A stretch of 62,747 nt of DNA, filler included, from Aduncisulcus paluster (lineage: Eukaryota), in NCBI GenBank assembly GCA_024181965.1. It is 5 parts of 5 records of this genome, joined end to end, with 100 filler letters (N's around TTAATTAATTAA, not from the genome) between each part and the next. Parts side by side here need not be neighbours in the genome. Positions count along the whole stretch, not along the records: positions 13,891 to 31,027 come from BQXS01012528.1; positions 31,128 to 40,261 come from BQXS01012529.1; 3 more parts are not named here. One strand, 5' to 3'. Positions 21,544 to 33,426 of this stretch are shown in pieces. Below the pieces are notes generated by a model that made no database searches, was not told where the DNA came from, and saw nothing but the letters and a program-made list of their open reading frames with translations. Within the stretch, counting starts at the first letter, position 1, and each line of letters opens with the position of its first letter. A program made the position numbers and the translations under genes.

Positions 21544-22303
21544 ATGATTGAAGATCTTGAAGACTTTGATCAAGAAATACATGAATCTCTTGCTGACTGT
21601 CAGGCAAGATTATCAGCAATTAAGCAAGTTCCTGAACTTGCATTAAAGCGAACAGTATGTGTTTAATTTATTTTTTTTATGTTTCCATTATTTTTCATCT
21701 GTATCTTAATTCAAATTAATCTGCATTTTTTGATCCCTTTCACAATTATTTCTGATATGATAGGCTATTCATGAGCTTAAAGAGCGTCACGCAACAGGAT
21801 TACAAAGATTACTTGGGAATTTTCATACAGAGATATCAGGAATTATGGACCCAGATGAAAAAAGCAAATGGAAATATCGATACACCATTCACCGAGAAAA
21901 TATCAATCAATTTACTGTAGATTTAGAATATGAAAGTGGTTTAATAATTAAAAATGCCTTGTTGAAACCTCAGAAAGAAGAAGAAATGCACCCCACAGGA
22001 AAGCAATTTTATGAGGGAGCCATTGCCCTAAATTATGATGGTATTGCCAAAATTGATCAAGGAATTGCTGATCTCGTTGAAATTGATGAAATTCATACCG
22101 CCGCATTGTTGGGTCTCTCTGATCAACGCACAAGACTGGTTGTGATCAATCAGGACCTTTCCGCGATTGACAATGATATGAAAGTTGCAAGGAAAGCTAT
22201 CAAGATATTTTTCAGAAAATTATCGACTGATAAAGTTTTTCTTATCCTAACTATTCTTCTCGCCGTGACCGTGATCGTTTTGATTGTAGTCGTTCTTTCA
22301 TGA
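21544..22303 (+). CDS. Qb-SNARE, NPSN/Vti1-like; exons 21544-21654 and 21764-22303
   Basis: Intron 21655-21763 (GTATGT..TAG) joins in frame. SNARE helix with LSDQ zero layer, RKLSTDK motif and C-terminal TM anchor. Confidence 0.85.
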
Positions 22304-22661
22304 TTAATGTACCCTCTGATCATATTGGAGAAAACCCAGTGAAGAGCGCAAGTAAAAACGATTTAGTAATTTTTGTTCCATTTTTAAATGACACATTTTT
22401 TATTTTTATGCTTCTTCTTGAGACGTTCAAAATTAAACGATAAAAAAATATTACCAACGAACCATTATAATTTTAGTAATTTTTTTTAATGTTTTTAACA
22501 AATAATGGGCGGAATCGGATTCAATCTAAAATGGGCAAAGGCTATCGTGAAAAGACAAATTTCTTTTGGTGAACAATCCGAGAGCCATCGGAGAAAAACA
22601 AGAATATTTTCCACCTTATAAATTAATTTTTGTGTTATTAACCTTCTTTTGGTGATATTTA

Positions 22662-24431
22662 ATGAAGATCTATTATTTTTCAAACAGACCCCCATGTTTC
22701 TTCATCTCTCCAATATTTATACTATTTGAAATAACATTTTTCATTGCAATAATCTGTTTTCAATCGAGTGAGAATGATATATACCAACAAACCCCTTCTA
22801 ATTTCAATATACCTCCAGCTCCCGGTCCATGCTATCAAAAATTGCTTGGATGGGAGCCTTTCACTGGAAGTACATTAATCTTTACTGAAGACGCTGTACA
22901 AGTCTTTGCAGATGGCGTGGATGGAGAAGGAGGTCTTATGCCTGAAATAGAGGAGCTTCTCCTCGCTGCTGACATTCCAGATCAAGAATTTACAGTTGAT
23001 GCAGGCGTCGGCACAGTGAAGATATCTCTTTCTAATTTTGACATCACAACTGTGAGTGCAGATCCCTCTTCAACCTTTTTAATTGCTGATTTTGGGTTTA
23101 ATGTCAAGTTTAACAAAATTCATATTTCAGTCAATACTGACTTCGAAGCCAAGATGATTACATTTCCTTACAGTGAATTTTCTGGTAATCTTGTTCTCTC
23201 TGTTGATATTGATGCCGTGGTTACAATTAATGTCAGTATGAATACTGAGGTTCGTCCAGTGGCTATTTCACTCGTTGTCACCAATATGGATGTATCTACA
23301 TATAATCTTGAAATATATTTCACAGGTGATGTGTCTCCTGTCCTCAATACAATCCTGTCAGCATTGTCAGGACCTCTATCATCAGCCTTTTCTGCCGGAC
23401 TCACTGATCTCCTTTATACAATTTCAACCTCAATATTCTCACGACTTAATGGCGGAAAGAATGAAAAATGTACTGACGATTGGTCCATGCAGCCAATCAT
23501 AATGTCAAATGATATTATCATTACTGATCAGTACATGAATCTGCCCCATTTTGGCTATGCTTTAGATGTGTACAATATAACTGATCAGCTAGATGCTTCA
23601 TATCCACCCTACAATGTAATGCCACAGGTCACTATTCCCGACATTGTAATGAACTCTGCTATCCAAGTCATTGCCACAAACACCTGCATTGAATCCATAT
23701 ATTATGACGAGACCGTTCTCCGTCAGCTTAGCGACTTTGACACGAAAGCCCAACCTGATGTCCCAACAAACGAGCTTTTAGTTCCATACATTCACATGTT
23801 CACTGCCTCCTCCCTCTCTAGCGATCTACCCTCGGCTATTCTCAACGCGTCGATATTCTCTACCTTTTATATCGATCAGCTATCGGATATATGCACTAAT
23901 TGTGATGTTGCCATCAGGTATATTCATACCACAGATCAATGGCCTTCAGTATCTTTCTCTATCACATCTATTAAGGTAGAATTCCCATTTACTATGGATG
24001 TATTAATGTGTATGGAGCAAATCACAGATCCATCTGCGACTTGTTCGTCTTTCTCTGATTACACTCCACTTTTCTCGGCCTCTCTGAATCATTCGACTTT
24101 GGGAGCCATGATGTTTGACACATACGATATCTACACTCAGTTTGAAATTGTAGATACGAATGTAAAGACCATTACAATCCAATCTGACCGAATCATGGAG
24201 TTAACCCCCGATGATGTGAGTTCTTTGCTGCATTGGTGGGGCGTTTTGGTGCTTCCCGAGGGACTAAACGACAGGGATGAGGATCACGGGTTTCAATATT
24301 CCACTCGTTTCTTATGGTCAGGATACCACGGATGTATTACTGATGAAATGAACTTCTTCTATTCTGAAGATGGTTATGTAGCTTTTGGTGCCGAACCTAT
24401 TTATTGTTATGTGTTCACGAATGATAATTAA
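22662..24431 (+). CDS. Secreted BPI/LBP (TULIP)-like lipid-binding protein, paralog 1
   Basis: Hydrophobic N-terminal segment; DIPDQEFTVDAGVGTVKISLSNFDI resembles the BPI/LBP N-domain; clear similarity to 40433-42274. Confidence 0.6.
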   Translation: MKIYYFSNRPPCFFISPIFILFEITFFIAIICFQSSENDIYQQTPSNFNIPPAPGPCYQKLLGWEPFTGSTLIFTEDAVQVFADGVDGEGGLMPEIEELLLAADIPDQEFTVDAGVGTVKISLSNFDITTVSADPSSTFLIADFGFNVKFNKIHISVNTDFEAKMITFPYSEFSGNLVLSVDIDAVVTINVSMNTEVRPVAISLVVTNMDVSTYNLEIYFTGDVSPVLNTILSALSGPLSSAFSAGLTDLLYTISTSIFSRLNGGKNEKCTDDWSMQPIIMSNDIIITDQYMNLPHFGYALDVYNITDQLDASYPPYNVMPQVTIPDIVMNSAIQVIATNTCIESIYYDETVLRQLSDFDTKAQPDVPTNELLVPYIHMFTASSLSSDLPSAILNASIFSTFYIDQLSDICTNCDVAIRYIHTTDQWPSVSFSITSIKVEFPFTMDVLMCMEQITDPSATCSSFSDYTPLFSASLNHSTLGAMMFDTYDIYTQFEIVDTNVKTITIQSDRIMELTPDDVSSLLHWWGVLVLPEGLNDRDEDHGFQYSTRFLWSGYHGCITDEMNFFYSEDGYVAFGAEPIYCYVFTNDN

Positions 24432-25224
24432 ACGTCAAACAAAAGCGATTTCCAATCACGTTACAAGCTATCTAACGGCGTCTTACAATTGGATTCATAT
24501 TTATTTGTTCTAAATCGTTCTCTTGTTTGTTTATATTTGCTTATTTATATTTACATATATTTTCTATTTTTCATTTCCACCGTTATTTTTGTTTTTTTTG
24601 TTTTGTTTTTTTCATATAATCTATGTATTTTTCGCATTTGACAAACTTTGTCATGGTTGGAAACCATTGTTTTTGTTTATGAAGGTCTTATTGATATTTG
24701 TAAATACCATGTGGCATGTATCCATATGCCTTCTATTTTAGAGAAAAACGTTTTACTATTTNNNNNNNNNNNNNNNNNNNNATTCATATTTATTTGTTCT
24801 AAATCGTTCTCTTGTTTGTTTATATTTGCTTATTTATATTTACATATATTTTCTATTTTTCATTTCCACCGTTATTTTTGTTTTTTTTGTTTTGTTTTTT
24901 TCATATAATCTATGTATTTTTCGCATTTGACAAACTTTGTCATGGTTGGAAACCATTGTTTTTGTTTATGAAGGTCTTATTGATATTTGTAAATACCATG
25001 TGGCATGTATCCATATGCCTTCTATTTTAGAGAAAAACGTTTTACTATTTTGGTAAAGCGTTATTTAGGTTCTTAGAGCAAGGAATCTCTTACGGACCAA
25101 CAAAAATAAAAATAAAAATAAATTGAGACCATTAAAACTCGAGCAAATACAAAGTTACACCATACTCCGGAGGAAGTTAGACTCAAAATACAACAACATA
25201 ATGTACTACTTTTCAAACAAATTC

Positions 25225-27999
25225 TCACTTCTGTTGCATTTTATCATATACTTGTTGCAAAAGGTTAATGGCGGCAGAATCCCTTGTCTCTGCTTGGAGT
25301 TGCAACAATCTTTCGGGATCTCTTACCTGAAAAGCAACTTCAAGAGTAGTTTTGTGGAACTCTTGGAGCTGCAAAAGAGCGCTTAGTTTCTCAATTGGAT
25401 CAGGAATAACTACTGCATAACCTCTCGCTTCTTTCAATGCACTGGCCTCAAAACAGGCCTTGAAGAACGGTAAAGGTCCAATTTTGGATCTGCAAGCACC
25501 GTAATGTTTCTTCAACCCAGCCCAATCAGCTCGACTCACAAATGATTTAATCTGAATATGTTTCCACGCAGTATCATTAAAATGTATCTGTTGTTTTAAG
25601 GTCTGTGCTGGTTTCAACTGACCTCCTGTCAAAAGAGCGAACAAAGTGTCGTATGCACTTAGACCTACAAGAGGTTTGCCAATTGTAGCTTCATACTTAT
25701 GTTGTGTCTCCACGAGAATGGCCTGGTATTGTGCTAAAGTACTCACAACTCTATCTTTGCTCTTGATCACTCTTCCTAATCGAGACATGTAAGCTTCCAT
25801 TGATTCTTCATTGTAGGCTAGCTTTGTAGCCGCTTGAGTGGCAATTTTGTTAGCGAAATGAAGAGCAACAGGACTAATAATTGGTCCCATTCCATCAATA
25901 TCACCTGCACCACCATAGATAGCTCCCAAACCATCCACTCTGTCACATAAATCTCTACACAGAGTAGGGTCTTCAATCAGAGAGATATTCATACAAGCAA
26001 GAGAAACATCCCCATGGGAAGATACGTGAGAGGCCATGTCCTGAAGAGTAACATGTTTGTCAGTAAACCGTTTCATTACAGAGCTTAATAGATCAGTATC
26101 CAATGATTGAACAGACTGGTTAAGGGCTTCACCGTACTGGTCGGTTCTTACAAGTAAATCGACCTGAGCAGTCATCTTGTGTTCGTGTTTCAACAGTTTT
26201 AATGCAAGATCTTCCCGTCTGGGTTGTGCAAGGTCTGCAGCAAAACGAGCAACACTCACATATGGGTAACAATCAGCCATTTTCCTCATGACTGGCTCTA
26301 ATTTCTTATAAATACCAATATCTGTCTCTTCATGGTCTGACTTCTCAATCACACAGATTGACCAGGCTTCAGCTATCTTTGATGGGTTTACATGGAACAA
26401 TTTAGCCACTCTGAACGCATGGAAATATAAATCACGATGAATAAGCATAGATATAAGTCTTGGAGCACCAAGATCTCTGAATTGAGCAACTGTGATGGGT
26501 ATACCAATGTCAAAAGATTGCAGAGAGTTGATCACATGCAGTTGACGTCGAGTATCATAGTTTAACGTGGCAGCATAACTAATTTCCTCACTGTTCAAGT
26601 AAACCTGACCATACGATGCAGCTTTTATCAGCTCATCTTGCTTGTGCTGATCTGTCTCGCAGGAAGCAGTACGGATTAGGCCCAGAACACCTTCACGCAG
26701 TGATCCTTTCTGTTGTAACTCCCTTCTAAGCTCATCGGCTACAGGATCTTGTTCTTCAAATCGTCTGTGAGCCTCGAGAAGAACAGCGGCGGGAGAAGTA
26801 CCGGCTACAGCGAAAGATAGAGCAACCACATCAGGCACTCTCCATATAAATTGGTTTGTGTGCCCGCCGATAAGTCTACATCCATCAATCTCCGTATGCA
26901 ATGAAGCATCATCATCCACGTGAAGAGGCGCTGTGGAACCGTCTGGACCAATGATAATAGTTTTTCCAGCCCAATGAGCCACAATAGCATCATCACCACA
27001 CCATTTCATGTCGAGAGGAGTGACCGTATCTGGAAAATGGATCAAAGCAAGTTGTTTGTAATCCTCTGGTCTGAAAACAAACATATAACCATTGTAAACT
27101 GTTTCATCGATTGTGTCCACACTTAAATCCTTCTTCTCCTTCTCTTTCTCCTTCTCTTTCTTTTTTTTCTTCGATTTAACTCCCAATTCCCCTTCATCTT
27201 CGCCGGCATCAAGATCATCCTCTTCCAATGGAGGAGGTTCTCCACCGACTCCAAGGGGACCATCATATTCACCGTATACGGTCGCATCGATCCAACAACA
27301 GAGGAGATCTTCTGAGGGACCAACACATATTCTTGTCACAACACCAGCTACAGGAAGTGGAAGAGGTTTGGGACGTACTTCTTCTCCTCCTTCAACACGA
27401 ACCTCAATCATTTGTCCTCTATTACGAGAACCAAGATATATAGAGAAATCTCTGTCAGGATTATTCGGCAAACTAAACGCCGCCATCGAAAGAGGCTGAT
27501 ACTTTGAAATGGCAGTATCGAGTTGAATTTCAACGGTATCGTGTCCATAACCAGGCCAAACATATAAACAATTTGTATTAGTAAGAATAACAGTCCCATT
27601 ATTCCAAAATGATGCAGCACAAAAGGCCATATCAGTTTCTCCATGAATAAAACTCTTGGAGACAATATCTCTTCCTTTAATGTCATATAAAACAACAGTT
27701 CCATCGCCGTAAACAACAGATAATTGCTCCTTACGATTGAATCCAAGAGATATAAGTCTGTCTTTAATAGCGACTTCAATGGTCGCCATATTTTTACCAT
27801 TGGATGTAAAAATGCCAATATGACGATCTGTCGATCTCGATCGGGCAACAAATTTGGCTCGATCTCTTGTGGTGGCAAGAGCCCCGCCACAATACGATCC
27901 CACGATGAGGAGAGATGTCATATCTCTTCCACTCAGATCAGAGTGGATTCCCGGCCATTCTTTCCGTTGAGAAACCCAAAATTTCCCAACTGGAATCAT
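25225..27999 (-). CDS. VPS16: Vps16 (HOPS/CORVET subunit)
   Basis: GGALA, IGIFTSNG, WCGDDAIVAHW, TEIDGCRLI, SPAAVLLEA, LIKAASYG, VINSL..IGIPITVAQF, IGPLPFFKAC. ATG at 27999. Confidence 0.93.
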   Translation of the reverse strand: MIPVGKFWVSQRKEWPGIHSDLSGRDMTSLLIVGSYCGGALATTRDRAKFVARSRSTDRHIGIFTSNGKNMATIEVAIKDRLISLGFNRKEQLSVVYGDGTVVLYDIKGRDIVSKSFIHGETDMAFCAASFWNNGTVILTNTNCLYVWPGYGHDTVEIQLDTAISKYQPLSMAAFSLPNNPDRDFSIYLGSRNRGQMIEVRVEGGEEVRPKPLPLPVAGVVTRICVGPSEDLLCCWIDATVYGEYDGPLGVGGEPPPLEEDDLDAGEDEGELGVKSKKKKKEKEKEKEKKDLSVDTIDETVYNGYMFVFRPEDYKQLALIHFPDTVTPLDMKWCGDDAIVAHWAGKTIIIGPDGSTAPLHVDDDASLHTEIDGCRLIGGHTNQFIWRVPDVVALSFAVAGTSPAAVLLEAHRRFEEQDPVADELRRELQQKGSLREGVLGLIRTASCETDQHKQDELIKAASYGQVYLNSEEISYAATLNYDTRRQLHVINSLQSFDIGIPITVAQFRDLGAPRLISMLIHRDLYFHAFRVAKLFHVNPSKIAEAWSICVIEKSDHEETDIGIYKKLEPVMRKMADCYPYVSVARFAADLAQPRREDLALKLLKHEHKMTAQVDLLVRTDQYGEALNQSVQSLDTDLLSSVMKRFTDKHVTLQDMASHVSSHGDVSLACMNISLIEDPTLCRDLCDRVDGLGAIYGGAGDIDGMGPIISPVALHFANKIATQAATKLAYNEESMEAYMSRLGRVIKSKDRVVSTLAQYQAILVETQHKYEATIGKPLVGLSAYDTLFALLTGGQLKPAQTLKQQIHFNDTAWKHIQIKSFVSRADWAGLKKHYGACRSKIGPLPFFKACFEASALKEARGYAVVIPDPIEKLSALLQLQEFHKTTLEVAFQVRDPERLLQLQAETRDSAAINLLQQVYDKMQQK

Positions 28000-28887
28000 T
28001 ATACTTTTCAGAAAACGGGTTTCAAATCTAAAATAGTATTGGAAAGATATCTCAATGCCAACAATTAATAAAATGAAGTTTAATTCTTTTTTAATGAATA
28101 AAATATTTAGTACCAACATTATTAATGCTTTATTCAACGATTCAGTTTCGACGAGTTCATTTTGTTACGTATACAATATTATTTCAAGTAATTGCCTCCA
28201 AATGAATAACCATTGATCTTTATTAACTGAAATATTCAATTCTAAACATCTAAATATGATTTTTTATTCTCTTTCTTGGGATGAGTTTTTTATCAATGAG
28301 AATAAGTGTATAAAACACGATAAAAGATCGAATTTCGTGTCAAAAAACATCTTGTGGAGCAAATGGCATGATTTTATTGATTTGATTCCTCTTTATACTG
28401 TGTCATTCATAACATCTTCATTTGTACAACCTCTTAAGAATATTTTTCCAAATATTCCTGGAATATCACGATAAAAACGGGGCTTACAGTAATTGCAATT
28501 CGAAGTTCATGTCATTATTCTCTCTACTGCTTGTTATTGTGTGTCAATGATATCTGTTTGGCTCTCGAACCTTTTCACACGTTATTGTTCTTTTTATTGA
28601 CATAAAACTGAACTTAAACGTTTGATATTTGCCATACTACTCCCTTAAATACTGCTACAAACTAAAAACACTCAACTATTCTGGTTCTGTTCGTTGATCC
28701 TGGTTTCCACCCATTGTCTCTGAAAGTAATTGCCAAATTGACACACCTGCCCCTCGCTTTACTCATTTGAATCTCGAATAACACATCAATAACACCAATA
28801 ACATCAATGTTATTCCCCAATCTGTGTGTCACATCATCTTATTCTTGGATGGTGATTCTCGATTCGTGACCTTTCCTTTATCATGCA

Positions 28888-29307
28888 GTTGATCACCAGG
28901 ACGATGGTGATGAGTATTCTCGCCCAGTTGTGCCACTCTCCCATGACGTGACTATATCTTCCCTTGGTGATAAACTCTCCCAGGTTGAAACCACTCTATC
29001 CACTCTCACCCACACTCTGTCTCTCACACAGAACAAGTTGGATACCATGTCCTACTTACAGCGTGAGAAGGATGACATGGGTCGTAGAGGAGTTTGGGGC
29101 GAGGGAGTCAAGAATTACACTCCTTCTTTAGTCTTGTTGCCAACACCTGATGACCTTCTGAGAGAGCTTGGGAAAGTGAGGGAATCCTTGAAGGAGATTA
29201 TCTTTGAAGATGAGGATGATCTTGGGTCAACCTCTTCATCTCTGTCAAGATCTAGAAGAACTCTATCTTCCGGCAAAGGTCGCATAAAGGTGAGATGTTG
29301 TTTTTGA
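28888..29307 (+). other. Possible exon or gene fragment (coiled-coil-like), no ATG
   Basis: About 140-codon open frame with coding-like composition, preceded by CAG and containing AAG|GTGAG; no family recognised. Confidence 0.25.
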
Positions 29308-29484
29308 TCGATATTTTGTATTCATAGTTCTGTGTTACTATCCAATAATAAAATCATTTTTTATTATATTTTGTTAGATTATTTTGTTGATTTCATTGCT
29401 GTATAAAGTATTTTTTGATCATGAAGAAAGATACTATCTTGTTAGTAACAAAAGTTTTTGATTTGGACTCCTATGTAATTTACC

Positions 29485-29756
29485 ATGTCAGATTTATTTG
29501 ATGCTATCCATTTAGATGATGTCTTATTATATAATTTAGGCTATTATGATTCTGTTGAAGTTCAACCAGATCCAGTAATTGAGATTTCTCTCGATGAAAC
29601 GAAAAAACGTATGTTGATTGGATAATTTTTGGTTGTTTTTGGAATAATTTGCTTGGATGTGATATTTTATGTTTTATTTGCCTTCTTTTTGAAATAGTCG
29701 AGGAAATTGAACGGTTAATAACTGCTGATTGGTCTGCTCTTGGAGTTAATCAATAA
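29485..29756 (+). CDS. Spliced 60-aa acidic microprotein (APC13-like?); exons 29485-29608 and 29698-29756
   Basis: ATG, 89-nt T-rich intron GTATGT..TAG (phase 1), product MSDLFDAIHLDDVLLYNLGYYDSVEVQPDPVIEISLDETKKLEEIERLITADWSALGVNQ, then TAATAA. Confidence 0.65.
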
Positions 29757-30015
29757 TAAATTTATTATTTCGTTTATGAGACCATTACTAATAAAATGGA
29801 TAGGATTATGGGAGGAAAATGAAAAAAATAAAAACTAACCTAAAAAATAAATCTATTGATTAACTCCTTGACAAGGCGTGATAAGAATGGCATTTTCCTT
29901 GATAAAGTCCGATAATTTTGGATTCCTTTTACTATATTTTTAACTTCATAACTCGATTATCTTATTTTTTTAAAATATAATATTGAATCACGCTTTACTA
30001 TTGAATAAGACGCAT

Positions 30016-31027
30016 ATGGTTGGATCTGATATTTTTAAACAGATTTCTCGTCTTCAACCGGACTTTAAGCCAGATAAAATCACTACCTATGGTGGTTATT
30101 TGTGTGGTTGGATCATTGTGAGTGGTTTTCTTGGGAAATCCGTATCTTCTCGTGTCCCAGCCTCAGCCTTCTTCTTGTCGAAGGATGACATCATTTCATG
30201 GCATATACCAACTGGAACTGAAGACCAAAAGAGCCATCTTATCTCTTTATTCCGTCGAGGAGCCCGGTCACTTCAACGTTTTTCCCATCCTTATGTTTTG
30301 GCTATTCTACGCAGATTACAAGAAAATCAACATTGCATGTGCTTTATCTCTGAGCATGTTGTTCATTCTCTTGCCCATATTCACTATTGTCTTGGATTTG
30401 CTCCCATTTGTTATGAGTGTCATGACAGTGCAAGTGGCGGGGTATTGCCCCCTGAGATATTCTCATCCTCTTCCTCACTCTCTCTAGATTCGTGTATATC
30501 TGGATATTCATGTGTTCTCGATGCTCTCACATACCTTCACAGCCAGAGAGGAACTGTTCATTGTGGAGTTGGAACACATTGTGTCTTTACTACCAAATCA
30601 GAGGGACAATGGAAGCTCGGTGGGTTCGAACACATTGTTGAGACTCATCACAATACTTCTTCTTCTTCTTCTTCTTCATCATCATCATCGAACACCTCAA
30701 GAATGACTCCTTCTCGCATTGAAGATCCATCTATAACCATCACTTCCGATTACAGAGGTCAATCTATCATGGGATCTTCTCTGACAACTGCGATGGCTGG
30801 TGGGAGTTCCCATGATGATCTATCAACTGTATTTGGAGCTTCCACAGTCATGAAACCTGTCCTTGACATGTCAAAGCAATCCATTTCGCTATTTGCAACT
30901 GAAAGTATCCATATTCCCACAATGTGTTATGACTCAAGTCTACGATATTCATTCATTCAACAAAAACATGTATCTCCTGGTACCTCTTCCTCTTCCTCTT
31001 CCTCTTCCTCTTCCTCTTCCTCTTCCT
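30016..31027 (+). CDS. SCY1-like (SCYL2-type) pseudokinase, N-terminal part (cut at contig end)
   Basis: LFRRGARSLQRFSHPYVL..ENQHCMCFISEHV..SL, ALTYLH..VH, GQWKLGGF; lacks canonical HRD/DFG. Confidence 0.7.
30983..31027 (+). repeat. (TCTTCC)n poly-Ser microsatellite at contig end
   Basis: Direct hexamer repeat running into the N linker. Confidence 0.9.
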
Positions 31028-31127
31028 NNNNNNNNNNNNNNNNNNNNNNNNNNNNNNNNNNNNNNNNNNNNTTAATTAATTAANNNNNNNNNNNNNNNNN
31101 NNNNNNNNNNNNNNNNNNNNNNNNNNN
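31028..31127. other. Artificial contig linker
   Basis: TTAATTAATTAA at 31072-31083 within Ns. Confidence 0.97.
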
Positions 31128-33426
31128 CACTCCCACCACGTCTTGATGGAGACATTGCCTCTGGGACTGATGCTTGAGAGGAAGAGCCTGAAGGTAAGAA
31201 GGAAGACCTCAATCTCTCTCTCTCTCGTTCTTTGTCAGCTTGAGTAAAATCATGTGGTTGTGATCGAGATGTTTCATTTGAAGCACCCCTAGAACTCATA
31301 GATCTCTGTTGATCTTGACGTTCTTGTGCCATCTCTTCCCTTCTACGATCTAACTCTCTTTCTCTTTCAATCTCAGCTCGTCTCTGTTGATACTCACGTT
31401 CACGGGCAAGTTCTCTCTCCCTCTCTTCCATTCTTCTCTCACGATCTATTTCCTCCCTTCTCCTATCTTCTTCTCTCCTTCTGTCTTCTTCTCTCCTTCT
31501 GTCTTCTTCTCTCCTTCTGTCTTCCCTCCTCATCTCTTCCCATCTTCTTTCTTCCTCCCTTCTCCTCTCTTCCTCTCTCCTCTCTTCCTCTCTCCTCTCT
31601 TCCTCTCTCCTTCTCCTCTCTTCTTCCTCTCTCACATTCTCCTTAAGATCAGATCTTGATGATCTCTTGGACTCTGCGAAGTTTCCTCCTCCGACCTGGA
31701 AACTACTTTTGTATGCACTCTTGGAGGGCTGACGAACAGCATTCGCAGCGTCATAACGGGCATCTTGCTGTTGCTTGGGACCACCATAAGTGGAAGAACC
31801 TCCTGTACCTTGGCTACCATAGTGACTCGAGGAGGAAGTAGCGTAAGGTTGATCCCGTGAACGAGAGAATGATTCTTCGACACCACCACCATATGATCTC
31901 TTGGATCCTTGTCGCGATACAGTAGGAGAAGAGACGGTGTCTCGCATAGAACTGCCACCGCCACCATGTCTATCCACACCCAATGTAGCTCCATGGGAAG
32001 AGCCGGCAGGCATCCCACCCTGAGAATTCATTCTCATCTTCTGACGCTCTTGCTCCATTCGTTTCTCCATGAGTCTGAGTTCTTTCTTTGAGGCTCGGAG
32101 CTCCTGTTCCATCTCATTCTTTTGACGAACGGAATCGCTTTGAAGTTTTCGAAGTTCAATTTCCAACCGTTTCCTTTCACGCTCTTCTTCTCTTTTTTCC
32201 ATCATGAGACGATCATATTCTTTTTTCTTTATATCGGCCTCACGATCAGAAGTTATCATATCTTTTCTATGCTTAGCTTCGAGTTTTTTCAAGGATTCTT
32301 CAAGTTCCCTGGTCTTCATCATCAACTCCCCTTTCTGTCTTTTCTCATCCTCAAGGGCATGTTTGATGGCGTCTTTTTCTTTTTTCATCTTATCGAGGTC
32401 AGTTTCAAGCTTATGGACATCCTTCATGAGAATATCGATCTCCTTGGAATTCTGAGCCCCAGGCTTGCTGTTCCTCCCGGCTGTTCCCGGCGAGGCCTGG
32501 CCAGAGCGGGATGCTGGATGGAGGGATGATGACATTCCAGGGTGGAGTGGCGAGGATTTCATGGAAGAAGACAAGTTGGGACCGCCAGTCGATCTATCAC
32601 CTCCACGAGGATTCGTGGGTGAAAGATGTGAATCTGGAGGCGGTTTACCCTTTGTTAAATTTCCATTGAGAGAATCATTCCTTGGGTTCCCTTTCTCCAT
32701 TTCGGCTCGTAACCGCATCCTCTCTTCGTCTTTCTCTCTCTCAAATCGGGCTCTCATTCTCTCCTCTGCCTCATTATCAACAGGACTTATCCCTCCCATT
32801 GGTCTATCACCAGAGAGGGCATGTTGCTCATGACCAGTAGATGGGACATGGGGCATCGAGGGAATCATCCCAGGCATACCTTGGGGATGCATGCCGGGAA
32901 TAGTGGCACCTAACATCCCAGGGTGAGCAGCAACTGGAATAGGCATCATGTAGGGCATTCCATACATTGGATAGGGCATGGATGGACCACTATAAGGGGG
33001 CATGGCAGGTTGACCATCTGGAGGGGTTGGTTTGTTGGAATGCTTGGACTTTGTACTCCGAGAGATAGGAGGGGATGGCGAGTGATCAGTACGTGTGACT
33101 TGAGAAGGAGAAAATGTCGTTCTGGAAAGATCATCGGAATGGCGTCTTGAGTGATATGAAGAGTAGGAATCAGAATATGACGGTGATAAAGAGCGATCTG
33201 AGTGCCTCCCCGATGGGGAATATCTTGAATCATCATCTATTAGTGTGGTCGATATTCTGCTATCAGCAACTGAACTTGGAGGAGTCATTTCAGGAGAACT
33301 AGCATGCTTTTTATGCCTATTATTTTTCTTTTTATGATGTGAAGATGGAGATCTTGGCGATGGAGATCTACTATATGAAGAAGGGCTTGGCGAAGGAGAT
33401 AAAAACTCTCTAAATTTCTTTTTCAT
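31128..33426 (-). CDS. Low-complexity Ser/Pro-rich and coiled-coil protein with E/R-rich helix (3' end cut)
   Basis: About 766 uninterrupted codons: S-rich, PMPGM-rich, coiled-coil and EEERRR segments. An upstream exon is possible (TTTTAG just before the ATG). Confidence 0.75.
31450..31632 (-). repeat. 15- and 18-nt tandem repeats encoding EEERR/EEDRRR
   Basis: Units such as tcttcttctctccttctg and ctcttcctctctcct are repeated on the + strand. Confidence 0.85.

Noticed and set aside
24494..25051. Duplicated hydrophobic 72-aa ORFs
   Set aside because: T-rich intergenic DNA duplicated around an N gap; hydrophobicity comes from base composition.
31450..31632. CRISPR-like array
   Set aside because: Contiguous coding tandem repeats without unique spacers; eukaryotic context and no cas genes.
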